In this document: positions 45,516 to 55,654 of the stretch, one piece after another
Layout of the letters: every line of letters begins with the position of its first letter
Position numbering within the stretch: position 1 is the stretch's first letter
Source: an uncultured Chloroflexia bacterium
GTDB lineage: Bacteria; Chloroflexota; Limnocylindria; Limnocylindrales; CSP1-4
Direction: 5' to 3'
NCBI GenBank assembly: GCA_963809375.1
Contig: CAWEJO010000010.1
Span: forward strand, 325,850-389,849
DNA length: 64,000 nt
The notes under the pieces: model-generated
Database searches by the model: none
Told to the model about the DNA's origin: nothing
The model's input: only the letters and a program-made list of their open reading frames with translations
Position numbers and translations under genes: made by a program

Positions 45516-46553
45516 TCACGGCGTGGGCGCGCTCGAACTGCGCGCCCGGCTGCTTGGCCGCGGGGTCGGCGACGGCGAAGCCTTCGGCGATGGCTTCGGC
45601 GAGGCCGTGGGCGACGGCGGCGGCGTCTCGGGCGGGCTCGAGGCGGGGGCGCTCGGGGAGGCGCTCGGCTCCGGCGACGGCAGCGGGATGCCGCCCTCGT
45701 AGTCGGTGATCACCAGGACGACCTCCAGGCGATCGAGGTCGGTCGCCGGCTCCAGGTTGGCGGTCTGGACGACCGCGTTGGGGTCCCGGGCGACGTCGAC
45801 CACCCGGCCCAGCACCAGGCCCTTCGGATAGGGCGACCGGATCCCGTCGCCGAGCACGATGCCGGCCGTGATCACCTCGTCGCCGATCGAGATGCGCTGG
45901 GCGGCATCGATCTTGTCCATGATCAGGGCGCCGAGGGGGTCGCCGACCACCTCGCCCGTCGCCCGGCTGTCGACGACCTCGCCGATCACCACCGAGTCCG
46001 GGTCGGTGATCAGGGTCAGCCGCGCCGAGTGCGGACCCAGCGCGGTGATCCGCCCGGCGAGCGAACCGCCATCGGCGACCGCGACGTCCCCCTCGGCCAG
46101 GCCGTCCTGGCTCCCCTTGTCGATCGTCACGACCCGGTGGGTGCCCACCACGTCGCGGGCGATGACCCGGGCGGCGATCGTCGAGAACTTGAACGTGTCG
46201 CGGATCTGCAGCAGGCCCGACAGCTGCTCGTTCTCGGGACCGAGCGCGCCGAGGCGCTGGTTCTCAACCCTGAGCCGCTGGTTCTCCGCGGACAGCTCGG
46301 CGTTCTCGGAGCGGAGGTGGTCGATCTCGGCGATCGCGCCGCCGATCGAGCGGATCTGGCGCCCGATCCCGTTGACCGCGTCGAGCGCGGGCGCGAGGGC
46401 GAACTGGAGCCCGTTCTGGAGTCCCCTGATGGGCGCCGTGCTGCTGACGGCCATCAGGATGACGCTGATCAGCAGGAGGATGGCGAAGGCGATGACGCGG
46501 CGGCGGAACACGCGCGGGGCGCGGTGCCCGTAGCCTACGAGGCGGCCGGACAT
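45516..46553 (-). CDS. mreC: Rod shape-determining protein MreC (Pro/Ser-rich tail)
   Basis: N-terminal TM segment, coiled coil ENAELSAENQRLRVENQRL, and a beta-barrel region with YPKGLVLGRV. Confidence 0.9.
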   Translation of the reverse strand: MSGRLVGYGHRAPRVFRRRVIAFAILLLISVILMAVSSTAPIRGLQNGLQFALAPALDAVNGIGRQIRSIGGAIAEIDHLRSENAELSAENQRLRVENQRLGALGPENEQLSGLLQIRDTFKFSTIAARVIARDVVGTHRVVTIDKGSQDGLAEGDVAVADGGSLAGRITALGPHSARLTLITDPDSVVIGEVVDSRATGEVVGDPLGALIMDKIDAAQRISIGDEVITAGIVLGDGIRSPYPKGLVLGRVVDVARDPNAVVQTANLEPATDLDRLEVVLVITDYEGGIPLPSPEPSASPSAPASSPPETPPPSPTASPKPSPKASPSPTPRPSSRARSSSAPTP

Positions 46554-46578
46554 GGCGGTTCAGCCCTCCGGAACGGCC

Positions 46579-47631
46579 CTACCGGGGTGGTCGGGCATAC
46601 GTGTCGGCGACGAGGACACGGCTCATGCGGTCGAGCTCCTCGAGCACGACGCCAGTGCCCCGGGCGACGCAGGTGAGCGGGTCGTCGGCGACATGGACAG
46701 GCATCTGGGTGGCTTCGGCGATCCGGCGGTCGAGGCCAAGGAGGAGCGCGCCGCCGCCGGCGACGACGATCCCCTGGTCCATGATGTCGGCGACGAGCTC
46801 GGGTGGCGTCTCCTCGATCGTGTCCTTGATCGTGTCGACGATCTGGGCCACCGACGGCTCGATGGCCTCGCGGATCTGGTCGGCGCCGACCTCGACGCTG
46901 CGCGGCAGGCCGGTGAGCAGGTCGCGGCCGCGGAGCAGGATGCGCTGGGCGTCCCAGTCGCCCGGGTAAGCCGACGCGATGGCGATCTTGATGTCCTCGG
47001 CGGTCCGCTCGCCGAGGAGCAGGTTGTACTCGCGACGGGCGAAGTTGACGATGTCGACGTCCATCTCGTCGCCGCCGACCCGGATGCTCCGCGAGACGAC
47101 GATGCCGCCGAGGCTGATGACGGCAACCTCGGTCGTGCCACCGCCGATGTCGACGATGAGGCTCCCGGTCGGCTCGCTCACCGGGAGGCCCGCCCCGATC
47201 GCCGCGGCCATCGGCTCCTCGATGAGGCGCGCCCAGCGGGCGCCGGCGTTGAGGGCGGCGTCGCGCACGGCCCGCTTCTCGACCTCGGTGACCCCGGAAG
47301 GGATGCCGAGCACCATCCGGGGCCGCGGGATGAGCCCGATCCGGTCGTGCACGCGGTGCACGAAGTACTTGATCATCTGCTCGGTGACGTCGAAGTCGCT
47401 GATGACGCCGTCGCGCAGGGGTCGGATCGCGATGATGTTGGCCGGCGTGCGGCCGACCATCCGCTTGGCTTCGGCGCCGATGGCGAGGACCTTCTTCGTC
47501 TTCGCGTCGATCGCGACCACGCTCGGCTCGCTGATGACGATCCCGCGGTCGCGAACGTGCACGAGCGTGTTCGCCGTGCCGAGGTCGATCCCGATGTCGC
47601 GGGAGAAGAGGCCCAGGAGCGCGTCGAGCAT
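46579..47631 (-). CDS. mreB: Rod shape-determining protein MreB
   Basis: Motifs IGIDLGTANT, DIGGGTTEVA, GIVVAGGGALL. Confidence 0.95.
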   Translation of the reverse strand: MLDALLGLFSRDIGIDLGTANTLVHVRDRGIVISEPSVVAIDAKTKKVLAIGAEAKRMVGRTPANIIAIRPLRDGVISDFDVTEQMIKYFVHRVHDRIGLIPRPRMVLGIPSGVTEVEKRAVRDAALNAGARWARLIEEPMAAAIGAGLPVSEPTGSLIVDIGGGTTEVAVISLGGIVVSRSIRVGGDEMDVDIVNFARREYNLLLGERTAEDIKIAIASAYPGDWDAQRILLRGRDLLTGLPRSVEVGADQIREAIEPSVAQIVDTIKDTIEETPPELVADIMDQGIVVAGGGALLLGLDRRIAEATQMPVHVADDPLTCVARGTGVVLEELDRMSRVLVADTYARPPR

Positions 47632-47873
47632 GATTGAGGCGAGTTCCTCGCAGGGTGGTGACCGGGGGTGTGGGCGCGACGTGGCCCGACCGGCAGTGGA
47701 GCCGTGCGTTGGCCGCGAGTATACCGCCCGAGCTTCGCGGCCGGTCGCGACGCGGACGACAGGTGGCCGCCGAACGACGGCTGGCGATCGTGGGCCGGCG
47801 CCCGCGGCAACGCTGCGACCGCATCACCCCAGCCGCTCCGTGGGCCGGGCCGCAGGCCGGAGCTCGACCGCGG

Positions 47874-48749
47874 CTACCCGGCGTCGTCGTGGGCCCGGCC
47901 GCGGGCTGGACCGGGTGCTCGCAGGCCTGCCGGCCGGTCGAACGCCACGCCCCGATCGCGCAGCGACACGAACGCCGCGTGGCCGATCACGATGTGATCG
48001 AGCAGGTCGATGTCGAGCAGCCGGCCGGCGGCGAGGGCCTCGGCCGTGAGGTGCAAGTCGTCGGGACTCGGCGTCGGATCGCCGGATGGATGGTTGTGGA
48101 CCAGGATCACCCCCGCCGCGCTCACCCGGACCGCGTCCCGGAACAGCTCGCCGACCCGTACCAGCGATGAGCTCACGTTGCCCTGGTAGACGGTCACGAC
48201 CTTGAGGACGCTGTTCCTCGCGTTCAGCAGGACGCAGCGCAGCTCCTCGCGCTCGAGCTGGCCCATCGCGACCATCAGCCGGTCAGCTACGTCCCGGGGA
48301 GCGCGCACCGTCCAGCGGCCGTCGGGCCAGGCGGCGGCGGCCCGCCTGCCGAGCTCGAACGCCGCAGCCAGCTGGGCGGCCTTGGCCGCGCCGATCCCCG
48401 CCTGCGTGCGAAGCTCCATCTCGCCCGCGTGCGAGAGACCAGCCAACCCGTCGTTGCGGGCAAGGGCGTCCTCGGCGAGGGCGAGCGCGCTCGCGCCACG
48501 CGAGCCGGACCCCCAGACGAGGGCGATCAGCTCCGCAGCCGACAGCCCCGCCGAGCCGCGGAGCGCCAGGCGCTCGCGCGGGCGCTCGTCGGCCGGCAGC
48601 TCGCGGATGCGCCGCGGCAGTCGATCGACGGCCCGATCGACGGTCCGGTCGCCCGCCGAAGGCGCCGCGGGGCCGGCCACCGGCAGGCGGCCGACCGCCC
48701 CCTGGCCGCGCCGCGGTCCGGATGCGCGTGGGGTGCCGAGCTCGACCAC
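47874..48749 (-). CDS. radC: RadC-family JAB-domain protein
   Basis: Motifs ERPRERL and the JAMM-like VILVHNHPSGDPTPSPDD. Start is uncertain. Confidence 0.85.
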   Translation of the reverse strand: MVELGTPRASGPRRGQGAVGRLPVAGPAAPSAGDRTVDRAVDRLPRRIRELPADERPRERLALRGSAGLSAAELIALVWGSGSRGASALALAEDALARNDGLAGLSHAGEMELRTQAGIGAAKAAQLAAAFELGRRAAAAWPDGRWTVRAPRDVADRLMVAMGQLEREELRCVLLNARNSVLKVVTVYQGNVSSSLVRVGELFRDAVRVSAAGVILVHNHPSGDPTPSPDDLHLTAEALAAGRLLDIDLLDHIVIGHAAFVSLRDRGVAFDRPAGLRAPGPARGRAHDDAG

Positions 48750-48961
48750 GGGTCCCTCCGGGATGCGCGACGGTTGGATGGATTCCCGGGCCCGATCGAC
48801 GGAGCCCGCCGATTTCCTCCGCCCTTCGAACCCGGGAACAGCACGAAGGCTAGCGGGGGGCGCTCACCGGCCGATCACCCGCTCCTTCACGCCGGCTTCG
48901 CGGGTGGACTGCCCCGTGCGGCCAGGTCGCGCCCGGGAGGGCCGGAAGTGGCGCGCCCGAC

Positions 48962-49846
48962 CTACCCGCCGTACTGCTGGCCGAGGGCGAGGAAGAGGAG
49001 GATCGGGATCGCGTTGTAGGTGGCGTGCAGCGCGATCGGCGCGACGATCGTCCGCCGCCGGAGCAGGACCCAGCCCAGCAGCAGCCCGACCGGGATCCGG
49101 ATCGCGAAGGCGATCACGACCATCTTGAGCGCCGTGCCGAGGTCCGAGCCGGTGATCCCGAGGACGTGGATCAGGGCGAAGAACAGGGCGCCCCGGACGA
49201 TCGCGCCGCTGCGCGTCATCCCGCGGGCCCAGGCGGTCGTCGCGAATCCGCGGAAGAACGTCTCCTCCCAGAGCGGCGCGATGAAGGCCGCCGCGAGCAG
49301 GTTCAGGGTGACCCCGACCGGTTCGCGCGTCATCGGGATCACCCCCTCGCCGGTCACCCCCAGCACCAGCGTCAGGATGACCGCGATGATCACCGCGGCC
49401 CCGAAGGCCGGGATCGCCAGGGCCATGCCCCAGCCGACGTCCTCGATGATCGACCCCTCGCCGGCGGCCGGCCGGCGGAATCCCATCGCGCGCCATGTCA
49501 GGGCGCCCGGCCCGACGACCAGCAGCCTGACGAGGCCGACGGCGAGCAGGCCGTTGATGGCGACCGCGGTCAGGACCGTCGCCTGCTCGTCGGGGACCAG
49601 GCCCACGATCAGGAACGCGCCGCCGACGAGGAACGTGGCGCAGACGCTCAGCAGGGCGAGCGCCGCGAAGACCAGGAACGGTGACGGCCCGCCGAAGGGA
49701 GCGCCGTTCGCGGCGCGCTGGAGGCCCTGGGCGGCCGCACCGGCGGTCAGCCCGAGCCCAAGGACCCCCACGCCGCCGACGATGGAGATGCCCGCAACGG
49801 GACCCGGCGATCCGGCCGCCGCGAACCCGAGGACGAGGATCGCCAC
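48962..49846 (-). CDS. CPBP (CAAX/Abi) intramembrane protease; N-terminus probably incomplete
   Basis: Motifs WEETFFRG, FFALIHV, LHATYN. GTG 49846 lies in the middle of a TM helix, and the frame is open upstream to about 49990 with no start codon. Confidence 0.75.
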   Translation of the reverse strand: MAILVLGFAAAGSPGPVAGISIVGGVGVLGLGLTAGAAAQGLQRAANGAPFGGPSPFLVFAALALLSVCATFLVGGAFLIVGLVPDEQATVLTAVAINGLLAVGLVRLLVVGPGALTWRAMGFRRPAAGEGSIIEDVGWGMALAIPAFGAAVIIAVILTLVLGVTGEGVIPMTREPVGVTLNLLAAAFIAPLWEETFFRGFATTAWARGMTRSGAIVRGALFFALIHVLGITGSDLGTALKMVVIAFAIRIPVGLLLGWVLLRRRTIVAPIALHATYNAIPILLFLALGQQYGG

Positions 49847-49971
49847 AGCCAGGGCGACCAGGACCCAGCCGACGGCATACAGGCCCGGGGCCGCGCGACC
49901 CTCCAGCTCGAACGTCCCAGGACGACGGCGCGGCGCCTCGGCAGGGTCAGGGGCGGGAAGCTCCGGCGGGT

Positions 49972-50592
49972 TCAGGGCCCGGCAGGCGGCCGGGCGGCAC
50001 CGGCCGCCGCCCGCATCGCCTTCGCGCCGCCTGCGGCCACGGCCGGCCGCACCGCGATGGGCGTGCCGTCGTCGGCGATCGGCGCCGGGACCGTGCCGAT
50101 CGCTGCGATCGGTCGCTCGAAGTCACGCCCGCACCAGGCGCAGAGCGACCACTCGAGCCCGACGAGCTTGTTGCAGTTGGGGCAGACCCGCTTGAGGCGG
50201 GTGCGGCAGGTCGGGCAGATGATCCAGTCCTCGTGGACCTTGCGGCTGCACGTCGCACAGTGCTCGACCGCCTCGATCTCCGCCAGCAGCGCCTCCTCGG
50301 CGAGGCCGCGCTCGTATGCCTCGCCGATCCGCTCCTGGGGCCGGATGATCTTGTAGACGAGGACCCCGAAGATGAAGAAGACCGGGGTGAACGCGATGAT
50401 GAACGCCGCCGAGAGGTACGGCGCGACCGGGTTGGCCGTGCGCAGCTGCGTGTCGCGGAACGCCCAGAAGGCCGTCACCATCCAGATGATGACGATGTAG
50501 ACCGCGATTGCCCTGAGGCCGAGCTGGACGGCCGGGCTGCCGAAGAACCCGGCGATCGCGTCCTGGACTTGCTTGAAGATGTCGGCGTTCAT
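49972..50592 (-). CDS. Membrane protein with a double zinc-ribbon domain
   Basis: Two TM helices, then CATC..CPTC..CPNC..CAWC. Confidence 0.65.
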   Translation of the reverse strand: MNADIFKQVQDAIAGFFGSPAVQLGLRAIAVYIVIIWMVTAFWAFRDTQLRTANPVAPYLSAAFIIAFTPVFFIFGVLVYKIIRPQERIGEAYERGLAEEALLAEIEAVEHCATCSRKVHEDWIICPTCRTRLKRVCPNCNKLVGLEWSLCAWCGRDFERPIAAIGTVPAPIADDGTPIAVRPAVAAGGAKAMRAAAGAARPPAGP

Positions 50593-50601
50593 ACGGCCCC
50601 G

Positions 50602-52020
50602 TCACCCATCCACAGGTTCCTTCGCGGCGCGGCCGGCACAAGCCGCCGTCGGATTGTCGGAGTGTACCAGCGCCGCCAGCGCGCACCGCACGCCATCCGA
50701 CGTCCGGCCGCCGGCCGGCGTGACGCGAACAGGCTGACAGGACCGGCGTGGCAGCTGCGGGGCGGTCACGCGGCCGGCCCGGGCGGCGAATTCGAGCGGG
50801 CCGAGACGGCCCAGGGGCGGCTTCGCCCCGGATCCGGGTGCGCCACCCGGGGCGGCCAGCCCGGGCAGGGGTCGCCGGCGACGCGTGAGCTCGGCTGTCA
50901 GCAGGGTCGAGCGCCACGCGGCCGTGACGCCCGCGAACAGCAGCGCCACCCCCCAGGCGCCGACCAGCAGCAGGGTCGTCACCAGCACCTGTTCCGGCTC
51001 GCGTCCATCGACGAGGGTCACCCGGGCGCGCTCCCACGCCAGGCCAGCCATGAGGAGGCCGAAGGCCAGGACGATGGCGCTCCCGACGAGGCCGAGGATC
51101 AAGGTCAGGAGCGTGGTGAGCGGCGCTCTCGCCACGTCGAGGAGCGCCTCGCCGATGGCGCGCGGCGCGCCACTCGCGGAGAGCACGACCCGCCGGGCCG
51201 CGAAGCCGCCCACGACCTCGCACGTGAGCCAGGTGACGAAGAGAACGACGCTCTCTGCTGGAGCTCCGAGGAGCACCCGGACCGGCAGCGGCAGGCTCAG
51301 GTCGATGGGCAGGAGGAGCTCCTGGTAGGCGACCCCGACGTAGTGCGGGACGCTGGCGCCCAGGACCAGCAGGACGGGCGCGAGGAGCGCGAGGCGGACG
51401 ACCGCCACCCGCAGGACCGTGCGGCGGGTCGGCCCGTCGACGACCGCGCCGGCCGGGAGCAGGCCGGATCCCGGATCATCGGGGTCGCCCGCGACCGTGG
51501 CCCGGTACAGGCCCGTCTCGGCCGCCGCGCCGACCAGCGTCCCGACGACCACGGCGACGACGAGGGCAGCGATCGAGGTGACTGCGATCGCGACGAGGCG
51601 AGGGGTCGGACCCGAGGCCGTCACCGAGGTCGGCCCCACGATGTTCGCGATCCCGACGAACGTCGGCAGCGCCACGATCGGAGCCAGCATCACGAGCATG
51701 CCACCGCGGGCGAGGAACGCGACGAGCGCGTAGACCCAGAGGGCGGGCCTCCCTCCGGCGAGCGCGGTGGCGGCGCCCATCGCACGCGCCCACCCGGTGC
51801 CCGGCCCGGACATCGGATGGCCCCCGATCGGCGTGCCGTCCAGCTCCTCCAGGATCGCGGCGGGAGCGCCGTCGGGCAGGCTGAGGCTGCCGGGCACGGC
51901 GGGAGCGGCAGGTGCGGCACGGGAGCCAGAAACGGCACGGACGGAAGGCGCGGGACCGCCGCCGGACGAGCCGCCCTGCGACATCTCGGGTGCCCCGCCC
52001 CCCGTCGGGCCTGCTGCCAC
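50602..52020 (-). CDS. Polytopic membrane protein, function unknown
   Basis: Multiple hydrophobic helices, co-directional and tightly spaced with its neighbours. Start is uncertain. Confidence 0.5.
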   Translation of the reverse strand: MAAGPTGGGAPEMSQGGSSGGGPAPSVRAVSGSRAAPAAPAVPGSLSLPDGAPAAILEELDGTPIGGHPMSGPGTGWARAMGAATALAGGRPALWVYALVAFLARGGMLVMLAPIVALPTFVGIANIVGPTSVTASGPTPRLVAIAVTSIAALVVAVVVGTLVGAAAETGLYRATVAGDPDDPGSGLLPAGAVVDGPTRRTVLRVAVVRLALLAPVLLVLGASVPHYVGVAYQELLLPIDLSLPLPVRVLLGAPAESVVLFVTWLTCEVVGGFAARRVVLSASGAPRAIGEALLDVARAPLTTLLTLILGLVGSAIVLAFGLLMAGLAWERARVTLVDGREPEQVLVTTLLLVGAWGVALLFAGVTAAWRSTLLTAELTRRRRPLPGLAAPGGAPGSGAKPPLGRLGPLEFAARAGRVTAPQLPRRSCQPVRVTPAGGRTSDGVRCALAALVHSDNPTAACAGRAAKEPVDG

Positions 52021-52075
52021 CGTGGTCAGCCCCGCGGCAGGCGCGCCGGCGACCGGCGCGCGGCCCGGCCGCCGC

Positions 52076-55000
52076 TCATGGCGATGGGCTCGCCGCCGGC
52101 GGTGGGGCGATCGTCGGGACCGGGCTCGGGCTGGGCACCGGGGCGATGCTCGGCGCGGGGGTCGCGGTGAGGATCGACAGCTGGCGGAGCGCGTCCTGGA
52201 CCTTCTGGATCTCCACGCCGTAGGTTGCGAAGTCGCCGTCGCGGAGCGCCCGCTGAGCGGCTTCGTAGTGATCGTTGGCGTATTGCACGAGGCCCGTGAC
52301 GTCCGCCGGGAGGCCTGGGCCGCTCGTCGGGCGCGGCGTGGCTGTCGGCCCGGGCGACCCGCCGGGCGACGGCGACGGCTCCGGGGTCGTGCCGCCCGTT
52401 CCGGCGAGGAGCGCCGTCAGGGCCTCCTTGAGGCTGTCGGCCCAGACCACCTTGGTCGGGCTCGCGAGGACGACCTTGGTGAACTCGGGGATCGCCGAGC
52501 CGGTCGACTGCAGGTAGATCGGCTCGAGGTAGATGATCGAGTTCTGGACCGGGACCACGATCAGGTTGCCCCGCACCACCTTGCTGCCCGACTGGTTCCA
52601 CAGCGTGATCTGGGCGCTGATCTGCGGATCCTGGTCGATCCTCGCCTCGATCTGGGCCGGTCCGAAGACAGAGGACGTGTCCGGGAAGTCGTACACGACG
52701 ACCTTGCCACGATCGACGCCGTCGTTTCTCGCCGCGATCCAGGCGATCATGTTCGGCCGCGCCGCCGGAACCATCGGCTGGAGCAGCAGGAACTCCGGGG
52801 CCGTGTCGCCCGGGAGGCGGACGTACACGTAGTAGGCCTGGAGCGGCAGCTGGCCGGTGGACGGATCCGCCGTCTGGGTCTGCTGGGGCAGCTTCCAGAC
52901 GTCGTTGCCCTGGTAGAACACGACCGGGTCGGTCACGTGGTAGCGGGCGTACACGATGGTCTCGACGTTGAAGAGCTGCTCCGGCACGCGCAGATGCGGC
53001 GCGAGGTCGGCCGGCAGGCTGTCGAGCGGCCGGAACATGGTCGGGAAGACACCACTCCAGGCGCGGATCAGGGGGTCCGTCGGGTCCGAGATGTAGAAGG
53101 TCATCGTGCCGTCGTAGGCGTCCATGACGACCTTGACGCTGTTCCGGACGTAGTTGAAGGAGCGGTCGGCGAGGCCGCCCCCACCCGGCAGCACCGACGG
53201 GTCGAACTGCTGGGCATTCGGGAAGCGATCCGACGTCGTGTACGCGTCCTGGATGTAGACGAGGCGCCCGGCGTCGGTCAGGACCACGTACGGGTCGCCG
53301 TCGTAGGCCAGGAACGGTGCGACGAGGTTGAGGCGCTCCCGGAGGCTCCGGTTCATGAGCAGCTGGCTGTCAGACGTGACCTGGTCCGAGATGAGCAGGT
53401 TCAGGTCGCGGAAGCGGGCCGCGAACAGCAGCCGGGTCAGGATCGAGTCGAGCTTGATCCCGGTCGTCCCGGCCCAGCGCGTCTCGGTCTGCTGGCCGCC
53501 GGTGGCTGCGCCCGACGAATCCGTGTTCCCGATCGGGTAGTCGAACTCGGCCTGCTTGGCGCCGGTGATGACCCAGTCGTTTGGCCGTTCGCCGAAGTAG
53601 ATGCGCGGCTCGCTCACCGCCGGTGCGCCGCTGTTCGAGACCGGCGGGAGGTCCTTGATGAACAGGGCGGGCAGGCCCTGGGCCCCGACCTCGTTGACGG
53701 GAACCATCGCGAGCCCGAAGCCGTGGGTGAAGACGATCCGCTGGTTGACCCAGCTGCCGCCCTGCGGGTTGAGCTCCGGGGCCAGCTCGCGGGCGGACAG
53801 CATGACCTGGCGCGTCTCGCCCCCGACCGTGTAGCGGTCCGTGTCGACGTCGACGAACTGGTAGTACTGGCGCACCGTCTGGATCTGCTCGAGCGCCGTC
53901 TTGAGCGGGCGGGGGTCCCACAGCCGGGCGTTCCCGAACGTCGAGGCATCCTTGTCGACCGCCGCTGCCGTGAGGGGTGCCGACCCGTCGTACGGCTGGC
54001 TCGTCCAGCCGTTGAGGTTGTAGGCGAGCCGGGTCATGGCGATGTTGTTGGCGATGTAGGGCTGCTCCTGGGCCTGCTGGTTCGGATCCACCGTGAGGCG
54101 CTGGATCACCTCCGGGTAGAGGCCTCCGAGCAGCACCGAGAGCCCGAGCCAGACCACGACCCCGACGCCGGCCGGCCACAGCCAGCGGGTGAACGCGGCG
54201 AACACGACGAGGACGCCGACGACCGCCGCGACGATCGTGAGGGCGTCGAACGCGAAGAACCGCGCCGCCTGGTCGGTGTAGCTGACGCCCTCCACGAACC
54301 CGTGCGTGCTGTAGACGAGGGCCAGCTTGTCGAGCTGGTAGCCCGCGGCGATGGTCAGCAGGAACGCGCCGCCCAGGAGCGCAAGGTGCACGCGGACCGG
54401 CACCGGGAAGCCCCCGCCCCGCAGGGCCGCGACGAGGTAGCGGGCCGACGTGAGCAGGAGGGCAACGAGCAGGAGCCCGCTCAACAGGCCGCGGGCGAGG
54501 CGCAGGAACCCGAGGTCGAAGAGGTAGAACGAGATGTCGCGCCCGAACACGGGATCGGTGACCGGGTTGCCCGTCGGCGCGAACGGGACGCGATTCTGCC
54601 AGAGAACCACGGTCTCCCAGCCGCCGGACAGCGTGCCGGCGACGCCGAGCGCCGCGAGGATCGCGATCACGACGAGCACGCCCCCGGCCACCGGGGTGAG
54701 GTCGGGGAAGTCCTCGAAGCTGATCGCCGGGCCGACCGGTCGGGCCGACCGGCCAGTGGCGTCGGGGCCGCCGGGGCCGCCCGTCCCGAACGGCGGCCGG
54801 CGCATGCCGAAGGCCTCGCGGGCGGCGATCGTGTCGGCGCCCCCTCGCGCCATCTCCGCTGCCCGGCTCGCCCAGGCTCTGAACCGGTCGCCGCCCGTCC
54901 CCGGCGGCGGGGCCAGGCGGCCCGCGATCCAGAGGTTGAGGCCGAAGAACACGAGAGCCACGACGAGGCCGAGCAGGAACAGCCCGACCTGGCCTCCGAG

Positions 55001-55144
55001 GCGAGTCCAGAAGACAGGGTCGAACCCGACGCTCTTGAACCAGATGGCGTCGGTCACGAGGTCCACGCCGGACCCGACGAGGAGGACCGCCGCGAGCAGG
55101 ATGATGCCCACGCTGACGAGCAGGACCTGCGGGCCCGCCGCCAC
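52076..55144 (-). CDS. UPF0182-family large membrane protein
   Basis: 1022-aa intact ORF. N-terminal TM bundle with DAIWFKSVGF, a large extracytoplasmic body and an Ala/Pro tail, as in actinobacterial UPF0182 proteins. It may extend to 55572 (see findings). Confidence 0.85.
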   Translation of the reverse strand: MAAGPQVLLVSVGIILLAAVLLVGSGVDLVTDAIWFKSVGFDPVFWTRLGGQVGLFLLGLVVALVFFGLNLWIAGRLAPPPGTGGDRFRAWASRAAEMARGGADTIAAREAFGMRRPPFGTGGPGGPDATGRSARPVGPAISFEDFPDLTPVAGGVLVVIAILAALGVAGTLSGGWETVVLWQNRVPFAPTGNPVTDPVFGRDISFYLFDLGFLRLARGLLSGLLLVALLLTSARYLVAALRGGGFPVPVRVHLALLGGAFLLTIAAGYQLDKLALVYSTHGFVEGVSYTDQAARFFAFDALTIVAAVVGVLVVFAAFTRWLWPAGVGVVVWLGLSVLLGGLYPEVIQRLTVDPNQQAQEQPYIANNIAMTRLAYNLNGWTSQPYDGSAPLTAAAVDKDASTFGNARLWDPRPLKTALEQIQTVRQYYQFVDVDTDRYTVGGETRQVMLSARELAPELNPQGGSWVNQRIVFTHGFGLAMVPVNEVGAQGLPALFIKDLPPVSNSGAPAVSEPRIYFGERPNDWVITGAKQAEFDYPIGNTDSSGAATGGQQTETRWAGTTGIKLDSILTRLLFAARFRDLNLLISDQVTSDSQLLMNRSLRERLNLVAPFLAYDGDPYVVLTDAGRLVYIQDAYTTSDRFPNAQQFDPSVLPGGGGLADRSFNYVRNSVKVVMDAYDGTMTFYISDPTDPLIRAWSGVFPTMFRPLDSLPADLAPHLRVPEQLFNVETIVYARYHVTDPVVFYQGNDVWKLPQQTQTADPSTGQLPLQAYYVYVRLPGDTAPEFLLLQPMVPAARPNMIAWIAARNDGVDRGKVVVYDFPDTSSVFGPAQIEARIDQDPQISAQITLWNQSGSKVVRGNLIVVPVQNSIIYLEPIYLQSTGSAIPEFTKVVLASPTKVVWADSLKEALTALLAGTGGTTPEPSPSPGGSPGPTATPRPTSGPGLPADVTGLVQYANDHYEAAQRALRDGDFATYGVEIQKVQDALRQLSILTATPAPSIAPVPSPSPVPTIAPPPAASPSP

Positions 55145-55654
55145 GATGCGGCGCCACCGCGAGCGAGGCTCGCCGTCGCGGGGCCCACCCGGGCCACCCG
55201 GGCCGCCCGAGCTCCCACGCCGGCGGCGCGGCGGTCGCCGCCCACCGCCGCGACCGGCCGTGCTGCGATCGGCGGACGGCGGGCGGATCGGCGTCGGCTC
55301 GTCGGCGACGTCCGGGCCCGCTGGCTCCGGCTCGGCGTGCGACGGCGATCCGTCGCCCTCGCCCTCGCCCTCGCCGTCGCCCTCGCTCAGTGCCGGCTCG
55401 TCGGGATGGGCGGCCGAGTCGTCGTCGGCCGCGGCGGGCTCGGGCGCATGGCCGGGCTCGCCGTCAGGCTCACCTGGCGGCTCGGCAGGCGGCTCGGCAG
55501 GATTTTCTCCCGTTCCATGCGTCGCTGGCGCTCCGCCAGCTCGCGCATGAACTCGTCGAACATGTCTCGCATCGAGCCGAGTGTACTCCCGCGGGCCTCG
55601 CGGCCCACCGCGACCACGACGGGCTCGCAGCGGCCATCGCCGGCCAGGCGCCGG

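Noticed and set aside
54381-54400. GCAAGGTGCACGCGGACCGG, a 12-14-nt match to one half of the island palindrome.
   Set aside because: This is only a half-site, with no second GTGCAC. It lies inside the well-conserved UPF0182 coding region (encoding VHLAL on the minus strand) and is most likely chance.
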